Positions 36,430-49,536 of a stretch of 64,000 nt of DNA are shown piece after piece. Source of the DNA: Octopus sinensis. Lineage: Eukaryota. Where the stretch lies: the NCBI RefSeq assembly GCF_006345805.1, contig NC_043006.1, positions 84,444,001 to 84,508,000 on the forward strand, given 5' to 3'. Position 1 is the stretch's first letter. Each line of letters opens with the position of its first letter. Below the pieces are notes generated by a model. That model searched no databases and had not been told where the DNA came from. It worked only from the letters and a program-made list of their open reading frames with translations. The translations under genes and the position numbers were made by a program.

Positions 36430-36705
36430 CGGGTAATTTAGGCCGACTCTGAATATTTGTCTGAAGGCCGGAACGGTTGCGGGGAAGAGGGGTGCCTGCC
36501 TGAGGTGCTCTTGGCGGTCGGGGTGACCAGCATGTGTGGAGTGCTTGGGTTGGCGTTGGGTGGAACTCCCCGCTATTTTTTTGTTGTTGTTAAAATTCTT
36601 TAATTGTTATTGTTATTCATTGTTAGTCATTGTTCAACAATCCACTTGTCCCTTGTATTGTATTGTCCCCATGTTTTGTGTCTGGCCCTTATGACCAGTA
36701 AAGAA
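36430..36705 (+). mobile_element. Possible LINE 3' end fragment
   Basis: A GC-rich block followed by a T-rich tract ending ttgtccccatgttttgtgtctggcccttatgaccagtaaagaaat, loosely like the 3' ends at 8090-8200 and 17475-17560. Confidence 0.35.
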
Positions 36706-36782
36706 ATCATCATCATTTTCATCATCGTCGTCGTCGTCATCATCGTCGTCGTCGTCGTCATCATCGTCGTCGCCGTCGTCGT

Positions 36783-36821
<39 letters not shown>

Positions 36822-36912
36822 AAAATCAACCAAATTCCTATGTACCTGGTAGTTGTGAATGTAATTCTTATTCAATATCTTTCCCCTTCGTTTTATCTCT
36901 CTCGTTCTCTTC

Positions 36913-36944
<32 letters not shown>

Positions 36945-37106
36945 AAACACACATACATACACGTACATATATACATATACAACTACATACGTATCTATGT
37001 GTGTGTCTTTTATATACACATATATTTCTATCTACACATACACACACCCACACACACAAAACATATAATGTTATATATATATATATATTATATATATATA
37101 TATATA

Positions 37107-37158
<52 letters not shown>

Positions 37159-37253
37159 TAATAATAGATATATAGATATATATATATAAAACACAATATA
37201 TATATGCAATATATATATATATATGCATATATATATATATATGCATATATAAT

Positions 37254-37298
<45 letters not shown>

Positions 37299-37305
37299 TG
37301 TTATA

Positions 37306-37348
<43 letters not shown>

Positions 37349-38254
37349 TGTGTGTAAGTGGTTTCCTACACGTCGACAACTCTTATTTAGTCGTCGTCTG
37401 GCCACAACATGGCTGCAGTCCAATGTCCAAAAGCAGTAAAACAATAAAAGACAAAACGAACTATTAAAATTCGAATTTGAATGTAAGTATTGAACAACAA
37501 GCCCATTGACGTTATATCACCAACAAGAACAATACGGCCCTTTCTCTCGTCATTGAGTCGTCTCCCTCTCTTTTTCTCCTCTCTCTAATTATCAATTGTA
37601 ATGTCTGTTATAATAATGCTTCGAAACACTCGACACTCAATATATTCACCTTTTCTTTTATATATAGTTTTAATTCATTCTTTATAGATTAGCTTATTGT
37701 CTGCTACTGCAATAAAAGCCTAAAAGCTATCTAAATTTCACATTGATTTATTTATAATAAACGACCATAAAATTATAGAACAGATTCTCGAATATATTCC
37801 AATATATATTTTAAATTCCCACTTCATGTTCATTTTTCTTTATATGAGCTGTTAAATGTCTCCAAAAAAATTATGAATGTATAATTCCCTTTTTTTCATC
37901 ATCCCGTAGAGGCTTTTTGAGAGAAACATAAATTAGTATGTTTATCTCCCCTTTGTCTCTGTCTCTGTCTATCTCTCTCTCTCTCTCTTGAACAGCATTA
38001 ATCATTGAGGTGATTATTTTTATCTCCTCGCTACGGGAGTAAATTTAACCCTTTTACTGTGCAATTCAGCTATATCCATTCAAGGTTTCACAACCCATAA
38101 TTGCAGCAATAATCTTCCTTTTGCCGAGGAATGTCACGTTTGAAACTATTTCTTGTTGAGATATGTATTGTATCGAAGCAAACGTGGCTTACAGAGAATA
38201 GCAGTTCTATTCTTTGGTATATGTATAATATATATATATATATATATATATAAT

Positions 38255-38387
38255 ATTTAAAATTATAATTTAAGGTATCTCTTACATACCTTAAATTATT
38301 ATATTTTAAATAATTATATATATATATATAATTATTTAAAATTATATTTAAGGTATGTAAGAGATACCCTAAACTATAATTTTAAAT
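38255..38387. repeat. Inverted repeat, ~60 bp arms around (TA)n
   Basis: aaggtatctcttacataccttaaat at left; atttaaggtatgtaagagataccct at right. Confidence 0.9.
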
Positions 38388-38461
38388 AGTTTTTACCTTT
38401 GAAAGGCTTTTTATTCCCATGCTGGCCACCTGATAAATCGGTATTTAAATATCGATCTTAT

Positions 38462-38540
<79 letters not shown>

Positions 38541-38940
38541 GTGTGTATGTATGTATGTATGTATATGTATGTATTACATAATTACTGGAATAACCATGAA
38601 ATTTAATTTCGCAGTTAAAAGGTTAATTGGTAAATTCATTAAATGTTCAAGTCCTAGAGGTTAGGACACTGGGTTTATGATCAAGGAACTTCACTTTATG
38701 CTGCTCCATGCAAAACATTTGAAAATTAATACCAACCGAGTGATAGTGCAGTCTTTCCTCCCTCCAATTATCAATCACATCCTAGATGATCGGTTGGGTT
38801 AAGAATGGAAGAGTCGAGAGTGTGTCGATATCTAGTCGAGATTACATCGGCGCCAAAAACATTTAGTGATAACTAAAGGCTATATAAGCTAAGAAAAGAC
38901 GTCTATGGTTTGGGTTTTCCTAATCAATAAGACTCCTTAA

Positions 38941-39456
38941 TCCATTAACTGCCAAATATTTCTATTCATATTTTTTTACTTTGCCAAGTATCTTAGTAGT
39001 TAAAATGATATATAGCATTTAAATTTTCTTCATATGTGAATTATTTTGGAAATTATGATAAATTTTTCGAGAAGTCCCAAGTGGGGAACACTGAAAAACA
39101 GCATTATCTTTTTCTATTCAATTGCAATAATAAACATTTTAGTTCCTTTGAAACTATAGTATCAAATGCGATTGTGTAGAAATATCAATGAATGGGAAAT
39201 GCAAAAAAATAATAATGATAATAAATAAATAAAATAAAATAGCGTTTTCAAAGTAGTCTCTATTTTGGAGTTCAAAAATTGCGATTTATGATATAAAATA
39301 TCCTCTAGAATTAGCCAGAGCTAATAATGACAAACATTAACTACTAAATATGGTTAAACACACCTCTGAAAATGCAATGTACATAAGCAATTCATTTTAA
39401 ATACAACGAACAACCGGCAGTGAGACTGTTTTTAGCAGATCATGGCGAGCAATTGG
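38941..39456. mobile_element. Possible decayed piggyBac-like MITE
   Basis: TTAA at 38937-40 and 39457-60. Degenerate termini (t)ccattaactgcc and ggcgagcaattgg; AT-rich non-coding interior. Confidence 0.4.
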
Positions 39457-39534
39457 TTAAGGAGTCTTTAATTAACGAGGAAACCAACTTAACTAATTTA
39501 CTGAAAACTTGAGAACGATAATGTTTGGACGAAA

Positions 39535-40317
39535 TACATAAATATTCAGGACAGCAAGCCACATCTTTCTTTGGTGGGATACTCTCACAGAATGGAGTAT
39601 TTTGATAAAACCTTATCACGGGATTTCGAAATTTGATCAATATGATCTTGTTTCTCGTCAGAGGTTTCCACAATTACTCCAGGTTAAAACAGATAGCATG
39701 CTTCCCATTCTTTCATGAGAAAAAAACTGTTTAAAAGCGAGCACTAAAATTCAAAACGGTTAAAGTATATAGTAGCATACAGTAAAATATAATAATAATA
39801 TATTAATATGTTAAGATATATTCAGTACAATATAATATAGGTGGCTATAGCAATTAAGACCAAAAAAGGTAAAATCAATGAATGAGGGTACAAAATAGCA
39901 CTTACAATTGCTAGAAATGAGAGTCAAAATTAACTCGAAATGAGAACCAAAATTTAATTGTGGAAAACTCTGACGAGAAATAAGATCATATTTATCAAAT
40001 TTCGAAATCACGTGAAAAAGTTTTATCAAACTACTTCATTCTGTGAGTGTATCTCACCAAAGGAAGATGTGGCTTGCTGCTTGCAGTCCTGAACATTTCA
40101 TGAGGTTAGTGCTTTTGTGTGGCTGTTCGAGTTAAATTTCATGTGGTTAGTGCTTTGTATGGACGATCGAGTTAAATTTTAGCCCTCATTTCTAACAATT
40201 GTAGGTGCTGCTTGCACCACCATTTATTAATTTTACCTTATTGGTTGTAATTGCTATAGCTACATATATTATAATGTATTTGATATATCTTAATACATTG
40301 ATATATTATTATAATAT
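39535..40317. mobile_element. Non-coding hammerhead-bearing element with H-X-C / H'-Y-C' inverted arrangement
   Basis: H 39535-39675 pairs with H' 39955-40095; C 39787-39938 pairs with C' 40167-40317. Arms are clearly diverged. Confidence 0.8.
39608..39667 (-). ncRNA. Type I hammerhead ribozyme, canonical core, AUA cleavage triplet
   Basis: AAACCT-CTGACGA-GAAAC AAGATCATATTGATCAA ATTTC-GAAA-TC CCGT GA-TA-AGGTTT. Helix I 6 bp, helix III 3 bp, predicted cleavage between 39614 and 39613. A degenerate second copy lies at 39964-40024 on the plus strand. Confidence 0.85.
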
Positions 40318-40344
40318 CTTATTGTATGCTATATATAAATACAT

Positions 40345-40509
40345 GTGGATTGTTGGCATCTTCCCTTTCTCTTCGACTTTCCTCTATCTCCTGTTTCTGA
40401 AGAAGAGCTCTGTTTGAAACGTAAAGCACCCTTTCTTTCCTTCCCTGAGTGTATTTTAATACGTTGCATATACTACGCCCTCGCGTTGTTGTTTTTTTGT
40501 GTTTTCTTC

Positions 40510-40545
<36 letters not shown>
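40345..40545 (+). mobile_element. Penelope-like terminal repeat fragment with a minimal hammerhead at 40393-40427
   Basis: GTTT-CTGAAGA-A-GAGC tctg TTT-GAAAC-GTA-AAGC (helix II damaged), then ctgagtgt...taatac...tcgcgttgttg, running into (TTA)n/(TA)n. Confidence 0.65.
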
Positions 40546-40548
<3 letters not shown>

Positions 40549-40565
40549 ATATATATATATATATA

Positions 40566-40705
40566 TAACAATTGCAGTATTTTTATAAGCCATTTAAAAA
40601 CACGCAAAAACCGTTAGATTCACTTCAACATTTAAATTTAATTTGCCAAAATATTTTCGTCGTTTGAGACCGTGACCTGTTCACTGACAAAATTCCGTGC
40701 TGCAT

Positions 40706-40710
<5 letters not shown>
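40566..40710 (-). mobile_element. Penelope-like terminal fragment, same family as 23436-23691
   Basis: taagccatttaaaaacacgcaaaaaccgttagattcacttcaacatttaaatttaattt...aatattttcgtcg. Confidence 0.65.
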
Positions 40711-40738
<28 letters not shown>

Positions 40739-41579
40739 GTGTTTTGTTGTTGTTTTTGCTTATTTCGGTGATTGGGTTCCGGGAACGATGATTACAGTTT
40801 CGAAGAGCTTTTTGTTAAATAAGTTGGTTTCGGTACTTATTTTTAAAGGTTAGTACTTATTCGATCGGCCTATTTTGCCGATCCGCAACGTTACGGAGAC
40901 GCAAACAAACCAACACCGTTTGTCAAGCTGAAGGTGGATGCAAACATAGACACACCACACGTGTATATATACGATGGACTTCCACACACTTACCGTCTAC
41001 CAAATTCACTCACAAGGAATTGATCGGCCTGAAACTATACCAAGAAGACACTCGCCCATGGTGCCCCACAATAGGACTGAACTCAAAACCACTTGACTGC
41101 CCAGCGAGCTTCTTAACCACTCAACCGTATCTATTTTGTTGCATCTGATTTGTCTTCAAATGCTTTTCTTGACGAGAATATTAGTGAAATGCCAAAGGGC
41201 AAAAATGACTTACGAGACCAAAAAGTCATTCGTTTCCTCTGTATCCGGTCAACTTCTTAATTTTGGTTTCATTCACTTCGCAAATATTGCTAATAACCTT
41301 GAAACAGACTCATACAACATATTCAGTTTCGTTTTCTATCAGTGATAAAAGTTAAGAACACACGATTATGGATATACTGTTATAAATTAATGTTTTTTAT
41401 TCGTATTAAGTAGTTATGTCTGGGACAATGTAGCCAGTAGCCATCATTCAGGCTAGTGTTTGTCGACTGTCTAAGATTGTTATTTGTCTGTGAGCCCCAA
41501 TAATATCAACAACACCAACAATAATAATCATAATAATAATAATGATGATAATGATGATGAGATGGTAATAATTATTATG

Positions 41580-41635
<56 letters not shown>

Positions 41636-42071
41636 TGGCAATGGCGGTTCGGTAGATATTATGAGGTCGGTATGTTAACTGGATTGGAAAAGGCATTTAA
41701 GCATCGTATACTCTAGGTTTATAGCGTTTCAAGGGTCTGTCCTTAATATAAATTCTTGTTGAGGCGTCTTTAACGACATTCAAGAGAATGTAAAGGTGAC
41801 ATTAATGACAATAAACACCAAACATTAAGATTCGCACACATTCTTACATATACAAACGCACGTACATGCACACACACATACACGCAAACACAAATACACA
41901 CACACAGACGCACACGCGCATGCACACAACATACGTAGACATATGACTATGTGTATTTATATGCATATATATATATACACACTTTTATAATTATATATAT
42001 ATGTATGTATATTATATATATGGTGTGTATATATATTATGGTATATATATATATTATATATATATATATAT

Positions 42072-42111
<40 letters not shown>

Positions 42112-42141
42112 TATATTATATATATATATATATATAATATA

Positions 42142-42191
<50 letters not shown>

Positions 42192-43255
42192 TGTGTGTGT
42201 GTGTGTGTGTTGTGTGTGTGTTTATGTTATATATATAACTCTTTCTTTGTTGTTTTCATTCATGTGTGTTGACTGCAAGCTAGAGCGGTTTAGCTCTTAT
42301 TTCTAGCAATGTAGGTGTTTCCTAACACCCTCGTCACTTTTAGCGACATTTGTAATTCTCTTTTTTGATGAAACATTACAAACTGCTGTTTATATTATAT
42401 ATCTCTCTATATAAAATTGAAATGCGTTTTTACCGCTTGGATCGCTTTCAAGGCCACTACATCCCCTCCGATTGACTCCAAAATTTACAGGGACATGTAA
42501 AATGAGGTGACGATGCCCGTGGGCTACCTTAGAAATCCCTATCTTAAAAGGTGTCGTTGCTAGGGCCAAAAACCCACTTTGACAAGTCCGCTCCCGTTCT
42601 TTAATGTATCTGTCTTTCTCAACTCACTCTCGCTATTTCCTCTCTTCCCAGCACTTTTTCACTCACTCTATTTCATACATTCCCATTACTTTCACTTCCT
42701 CAAACGGCCTTTTTTTTATGTATCTGTCTGCATTCATAGAGAGAATTCCCATCGCCACCATCAACACACAATCATGACAACAAATATTATTAATCTCGCC
42801 ATCGCATTCTATTGTCTGCCTGTCAACGCGTCGATCGAGCAAATACAAACAGAACACGCCAACGAGCGTTCGTGTTCTGGTGATAACGTAGGTTTTTCGT
42901 ATCTATAACATTTTAACATTTATTTAGAACCCTGCAAATTTTTCGTGCTAACTTTTCATTATTTACTACTTTATTATTTTTTCTTAAATTGATGCTTTTA
43001 ATAAAATTAATTCTATTTGTCTGGGTCAACAGTTCGTTTCCTCGGAGGATATGGAAATTCCTATTACCCGTCAGAGAAATAACTCCAGCAATCACAACTA
43101 TTTCAACAAAGACAAGGTTACCTGCTTACCAGTCGAATTCAGCGTCAACGCTCACGTATGACGGAGACTCCAACACACAGACACACACACACACCACACA
43201 CACACAACACCACACATATATATATATACATATATATATACATAATATATATATA

Positions 43256-43307
<52 letters not shown>

Positions 43308-43544
43308 ATGTGTGCATTATGTGGTCGGTTGAGCTGAAAATATGCAGATCTATGTTAAAAGTGCTGGCAAGTTTGCATGACAACTATTTTTTTTCCTCGA
43401 ATGAAAGGCGTGACCTCTAGGACAAAATTCCTCATCTTATAAAATGTGGCCCGAGTAGACCCGAATGAAATCGGGTTATATTAACCAAAATGTGAAAAGG
43501 GGTCTAAATGGGTCTGGAAGGAGATTAAAATTTAAAGGAGCGGG

Positions 43545-43830
43545 TGTTTAGGAATTCTCTGTTACATCAAGCTAAAAAATTTGCGCCAGCCTTTTAATCG
43601 TCAATGTGTTGCCGTCCACGATGAAGAAGTTTTGAATGCTTGCCATGGTGAGTCTACTGTCGTGAGAAAGTATCACTTCAAACCTTGGTGTTTAGGGATT
43701 TTCTTTTACATCAAGTTCAAAATTTTACGCCAGCCGTTAAACTGTCAAAACGTTGCTGTCCGTCGTTAAGAAATGCCAGCCATGGTGACTCTACTATCCT
43801 CAGATTCTATCCCTTCAACTTGGTTTCCAA
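43545..43830 (+). repeat. Two diverged tandem copies of a ~145 bp unit
   Basis: ttacatcaag.t.aaaatt..cgccagcc.tt.aa..gtcaa..gttgc.gtcc and gccatggtga.tctact.tc each occur twice. Confidence 0.75.
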
Positions 43831-44114
43831 TATTTTATTATTTTTATTCAGCTCGCAAGTTCGTCTGTCCCTTTTAAATGTTAGTGTTTTGCTGTCTGCC
43901 TTGAAGCAGACCTTTCCGTTGTTACTGTCTGATATTTATGATTGATCTTTCTAAATATTTTATTTCTCAACTTACTCAAGATGTTTTGTTGTTTATAAAT
44001 GGGAGAGAGATAGATAAAGATAGAGAGTAAGAGAAAGCGAGGGAGAGTCCGAGAGAAAGGAAGAGTAAGAGAGTGGGGAAAGTGAGAGAGAAAGGAGAGA
44101 GAAACAAAGAGGGA

Positions 44115-44400
44115 GAATCATCATCATCATCATCATCATCATCGTTTAACGTCTATTTTCCGTGCTAGCACGGGTTGGACAGTTTGACGGGGTCTGGGAA
44201 ATCCCAGGAGGCTGCACCAGGCTCCAGTCTGATCTGGCAGTGTTTCTACAGGTGGATGCCCTTCCTAACGCCAACCACTCTGTGAGTGTAGTGGGTGCTT
44301 TTTTCGTGCCGCCGGCACAGGTGCCAGGGGGGCTGGCAGCGGCCACGATCGGTTGGTGCTTTTTACGTGCCACCGGCACAGAAGCCAGTCAAGGCGGCGC
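44115..44400 (-). mobile_element. SINE/RTE-related repeat 3' region with (GAT)n tail
   Basis: (CAT)n followed by gtttaacgtc...ggatgcccttcctaacgccaacc...ggtgctttttacgtgccaccggcac, with internal duplication of the ggtgctttt.cgtgcc motif. Confidence 0.7.
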
Positions 44401-44505
44401 TGCAATCGGCCACGTTCGGATGATGCTTTTTACGTGCTGAAAGGAAGCAACAGAAAGTAACAACCACACTGTTACCCGCGCGTAGAGCGGGTCACCTTCA
44501 GCTAG

Positions 44506-44537
<32 letters not shown>

Positions 44538-46189
44538 GTGTGTGTGTATATATATATATATATACATACACACACGCGCGCACGCACACATACACACATA
44601 GGAGCAGACGTGGTTGTGTGGTAAGAAGCTTGCTTCCCAACCACATGGTTCCGGGTTCAGTCCCACTGCGTGGCACTTCGGATAAGTGTCTTCTACTATA
44701 GCTTCGGGCCGACCAAAGCCTTATCAGTGGATTTGGTAGACGAAAACTGAAAGGAGCCCGTCGTGTATATACATATACATATATATATAAGCCAAATAAG
44801 ACAAAGAAGGAGCTTAGCACATTTTTAATGACCAGTTACAATTGTTTCGGTAACAACATTGATTTAAACATCATTGCACGCAAAACCTCCATCTGAAAAG
44901 TTATGCAATATTTGCACTTTTATACATTAGCTTGGCACTTCATCAAACTTGCATGAAACGGTACACTCTTATACTGTGCGCCTATCAGGTGTTGTATTCT
45001 GCTTGAATCGGGAGGATTATATTTTTACGCTCCGCTAGGCCCACACAGTGGATTTACCGGTGTGATAACTGGATTTTCTACACATGCAGAAATGTAAAAT
45101 CTTTCTTGAGACTCCAATTCAAGAGTATAGATTTTTCGAGCTTTGGTTGAGTGCTGCACTGGAAATACTCCGATTTTCAACCATTTCTGGATCATAATGT
45201 GTGTGCGAGCGTACGTGTGTGTATATATCTGTGTGTGCGCGCGCGTGTACATGCATACACTCACAGTTGTAGCATAGGAGCAGCGTGACAATATATAAGC
45301 AAAGATATTCCTAAACAAATTGAATTATGAATAAGCACTGAGATTGGGTTGTTTGCCAAAAAGTTATCAAAAAAGCCTCATGCATTTATCTACTTATAAA
45401 ATACGCGCAAGACATGATATATATTTATCCATTTTCTCACAAGAATATGTAACATTTGCAGGCCTTCTGTATCATTTGGGTAAATACACACAATAGCAAG
45501 AAAGTAGGTTTTCTAAATGAAATGTCAGTGTTGGTGAATATATGAACTCTTTTTATTATATATGACCATCTTCCGTTGTAGGTCAAATCGAGTGTTTGAG
45601 AAATAAGTTACTTTAACCAGTTGGCAGTTGGAAATTACCCAGTAAACGGCAAAGGAAATGCCTACACGAATTTACCAGTTCAGATCTTTTATTCAAACTT
45701 GCGAAAGACTGTAATAGGCTGTTAGACTTTCTGAGAGATGAATATCATACCTTCCGGCCGTGTTAATTTACGAGCATGCATGTTCTAATGGACCAATCAA
45801 TTTTATGATTATCAATATTATTACATTATAAATTCCTATTATATTCGGAGAGTGTGTAGTGAGATATCAGTTTGAGTATCCCAATGTATAGATATGAAGC
45901 AGAATATTAAAAAAGTGTTTCAATAAGTTCTATATAGTTTTATTAAGTTTTATATATAAGTTATATTATTATATAAGAGAGATATTTTCCAGTGAGCAAA
46001 TATATTAAAAATTTCATATATTATGATCAACGGGGAAATGCTTATTTATATTTATAAGAATTTAGAAAACCCTGGCAAAAATAGAAGGAAAATTTAAACT
46101 GGAGTGAAGGTTATTTTGTATTTTCCTTTCATATTTTTATATTAATGGATATTTAGAGATGTTGATATATCATTATGATAATCAGTAGG

Positions 46190-47022
46190 AAGGCGGCGAG
46201 CTGGCAGAAATGTTAGTACGCTGGGCAAAATGATTAGTAGCATTTCTTCCGTCTTTACGTTGTGAGTTCAAATGACGCAGAGGTCAATTTTGCATTTTAT
46301 CTTTTCGGGGTCGTTAAAATAAGTACTAGTTAATTACAAGGGTCCATACAATAGACTGGTTTCCTTCCCCCCAAATTTCAGACCCTGTGTCTATAGTCTA
46401 AAGCAGTGCTTTTCAAACTTTTTGCTGGAGCGGAACCCCAAGAAAACATTTCACTGGCTCGAGGAACCCCTGTGCAATAATTTAATTGTCTTATGCACAC
46501 ATATCTGCACAGGAGAATTAAAAATTACTGTCGATTTTAGCATTTTTGTAACTTCTTGCGGAACCCCTGGACTGTACTGGCAGAACCCTAAGGTTATTAT
46601 AATACAATTATAATAATCAGTAGCACGATTAAAGGATACAGCGGCAGGGGATAGTTTAGATAATTGTTTCTTAATATTGGTTTCAAATTTTGACACAATT
46701 TCAGGGAAGGGCTAAGTCGATTACATCGACCCCAGTACCGTACTGGTACTTATATTTTATTGACACCGAAAGGATAAAATTCAAAGTCGAGCTCGGCGGA
46801 TTTTGAACTCGGAACGTAATGACGGACGAAATGTTGTTAAGCATTTTGCCCGATGTTCTAACGATTCTGCCAGCTAACCGCCTTTAAGTATTTACTAATA
46901 TTCTTTTCTACTCTAGGTACAAGGCCCGAAATTTTGGGGGAGAGGCCCAGTCGATTAGATCGACCTCAGTACGCAACTGCTACTTAATTTATCGACCGCG
47001 AAAGGATGAAAGGTAAAGTCGA
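46190..47022. mobile_element. Cluster of three SINE family B copies
   Basis: 46190-46395 (+), 46670-46885 (-) and 46900-47022 (-, truncated). Confidence 0.85.
46404..46595 (+). mobile_element. hAT (Buster/Charlie-type) MITE, left part
   Basis: TIR cagtgcttttcaaact preceded by gtctaaag (8 bp, central TA); repeated subterminal ggaacccc motifs. Right TIR not found. Confidence 0.7.
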
Positions 47023-47779
47023 TATTACCAAATGAATTTTAAATTTCAAGGGATTTGCGTGAAATGGTTGGAATCTATGCTAATATGATGTATTTTCTAG
47101 TCAGGTTCACTGTAACGGTAATACTTGGCAATACTCGGCAATATGTCAGTCTAGACCCACATCTAGGGAATTTGCTGCACCTAAATTTGTATGCTATGTG
47201 ACATTTAAATTTAACTGTTTAAATATATGCGAATGAATCTTTTCTAAGTCGCATCTATTGCTTGGTCATCCATACCTCGAAAATGGTATTTTTACTTCAC
47301 GTGACTTAGCCGTTCAATAAATAGATAACGATAAAATAATCACCAGCAGTGACGTATTAATATGAAGTGTGGCCTCAGGCTATTGAAGCTGTGAGGTCGC
47401 TAACCCACAAAAGATACCATAACTGGAACTATTCCTACATCTTGACCGGAACTTCGACCGCTTCAACACGTAGGCTTCAGGCGGTCAAGCTTTTAGATAA
47501 ATCCAGCACTGAGTATCGGAAGTGAGATGAGCACAGGATAGGAATCGATATGATGAACGAAAGACAGTTGAAGGTGGTACCACAGTGTGGCCGCAGTTCA
47601 AGTTGACTGATATCAGTGAAAATAAATAACAAAAAAAGAAAAAAATTACAAAAAAAGTAAATAAATAAAGACAAAAACAAAACCGAGTTGCGACGAACCA
47701 GGAGCAACAGCCACGATCCGGAATTAATAAATGGATTATCTACAACCACCCCAACGCCCACCAAAAGAAACCAATAACT

Positions 47780-48079
47780 GTAGTCGTCAATACACACGCA
47801 CACACACACACACGCACACACACACACACACATATGCACACACACACACATGCACACACACACACACACAACACCCCCCACACACACATGCACACCACAC
47901 ACAAACCACACACACATGCACACAACAACACCACACACATGCACACACACACACACATGCACACACACACACACACCAAACACCCCCACACACACACATG
48001 CACACACACACAAACACACACACATGCACACACACGCACACGCAAACACACACACACACACATGCACACACACACAAAC

Positions 48080-48161
<82 letters not shown>

Positions 48162-48165
48162 ACAC
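47780..48165. repeat. (CA)n-rich compound microsatellite
   Basis: Direct reading. Similar large tracts lie at 57710-58600 (TG-rich, with a ~186 bp internal duplication), 60950-61370 and many shorter sites. Confidence 0.95.
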
Positions 48166-48562
48166 ATGTTTATTGTATGCAAGAGAAACAGCTGTGATAT
48201 CTGGTGATGTATAATTCTCTCATAGTTTACTGTTATAAATAAATATGTTTGTTTTCACGATTCAGCAGACACAACTGAGAATTCGATCTCAATCAATATT
48301 TAGATAAATATATGTACATCCATATATATATGTGTGTGTGTGTGTGTGTTTGTGTATGTATATCTGTGTGTGTGTATGTGTATGTGTGTTTGTGTATGTG
48401 TGTTTGTGTTTTTGTGCATTTATGTATGAGTGTATATATATATATATATATATACATTATATGTATGTATGTATGTATTTATATGCATGTATGTATGCAT
48501 GTATTTATATGCATGTATGTATGTATGTATGTATGTGTGTGGGTATACACACTCACATGCAC

Positions 48563-49335
48563 TCAAGGTGCATTCCAGAAGTGTTGAGACTTTTTTAAAA
48601 AGAGGCAGTTATAACTGTTGTAGAATTTTGTAATTTTAGCATATCATTACTATGCATCTAATAAGCTGACCTGCCACCTTTTGTAATTCCAGATTGAAGG
48701 AGAGGGCTTTAACAGCACTTTGATCACGCTCTACTAAACACTACTTGTTAGAGCTGACGAGTTCGCAGAATGCAGTCGTAATGTGAAGACGTTTTTTCAA
48801 ACTCACTAAGCAACGAAGTTTTGTGTAAAATTGGGGGGAAAACGCTACAGCAACTTATCAAGCGCCCCAGACTGCTACGGATTAACTTGTACGAACCGAA
48901 CATCTGTTTTTCGCCGGCACAAGAGGTCAAGCAAAGCATGTGCACCAGGAAGGTTATGCTGATCCTCCCCTACTTTTGTACTGCAAGGGCAGCATCTACA
49001 GGGTTCCCTCTGGCCAGACGGCCAACAATATGAACGGAGAACTTTGTCGAGGATTGGAAGAAATTCAGGAAGTGATTTCGTCGCAAAAGGCCAGAGTACC
49101 TTCACCAAGACAATGCCCCACTCCGCAGTTCCATCCTGGTAAACGACTTGTCAGAGGTGGGCTTCAAATCTGTTCCTTATCTGCCACCCTACAGTCCATA
49201 CATTGCTCCCTTGACGTTTGGAGGTGAAGAAGAAGGAGGCTGTAACAAGGGTCCTGGATGCATTCACTTAAGAGGATTTCCATGGGGCCTTCACAAAGTG
49301 GCTGGAGCGCTAGCTACAACACATACCTTGAAGTT
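48563..49335 (+). pseudogene. Decayed, internally deleted mariner element
   Basis: Residual motifs RKVMLI, LHQDNAP and LPPYSPYIAP across shifted frames. Confidence 0.8.
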
Positions 49336-49496
49336 AGGGATTCCCGCTTTGAAAACTAAATATTGTACTTTCTCACCTGAAAACATTCTCAGAACTTCTA
49401 GAATCTACATAGTATACATCTCTTTGTCTCTCTCTCTCTCTCTCTCCCTCTCTCTCTCTCTATTTGTGTGTCTCCCTCTTTGTGTGTTTCTCTCTT

Positions 49497-49536
<40 letters not shown>

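Noticed and set aside
45030-45050. CACAGTGG as a Transib TIR or RSS heptamer
   Set aside because: No matching inverted terminus or nonamer was found. A single 8-mer is expected by chance.
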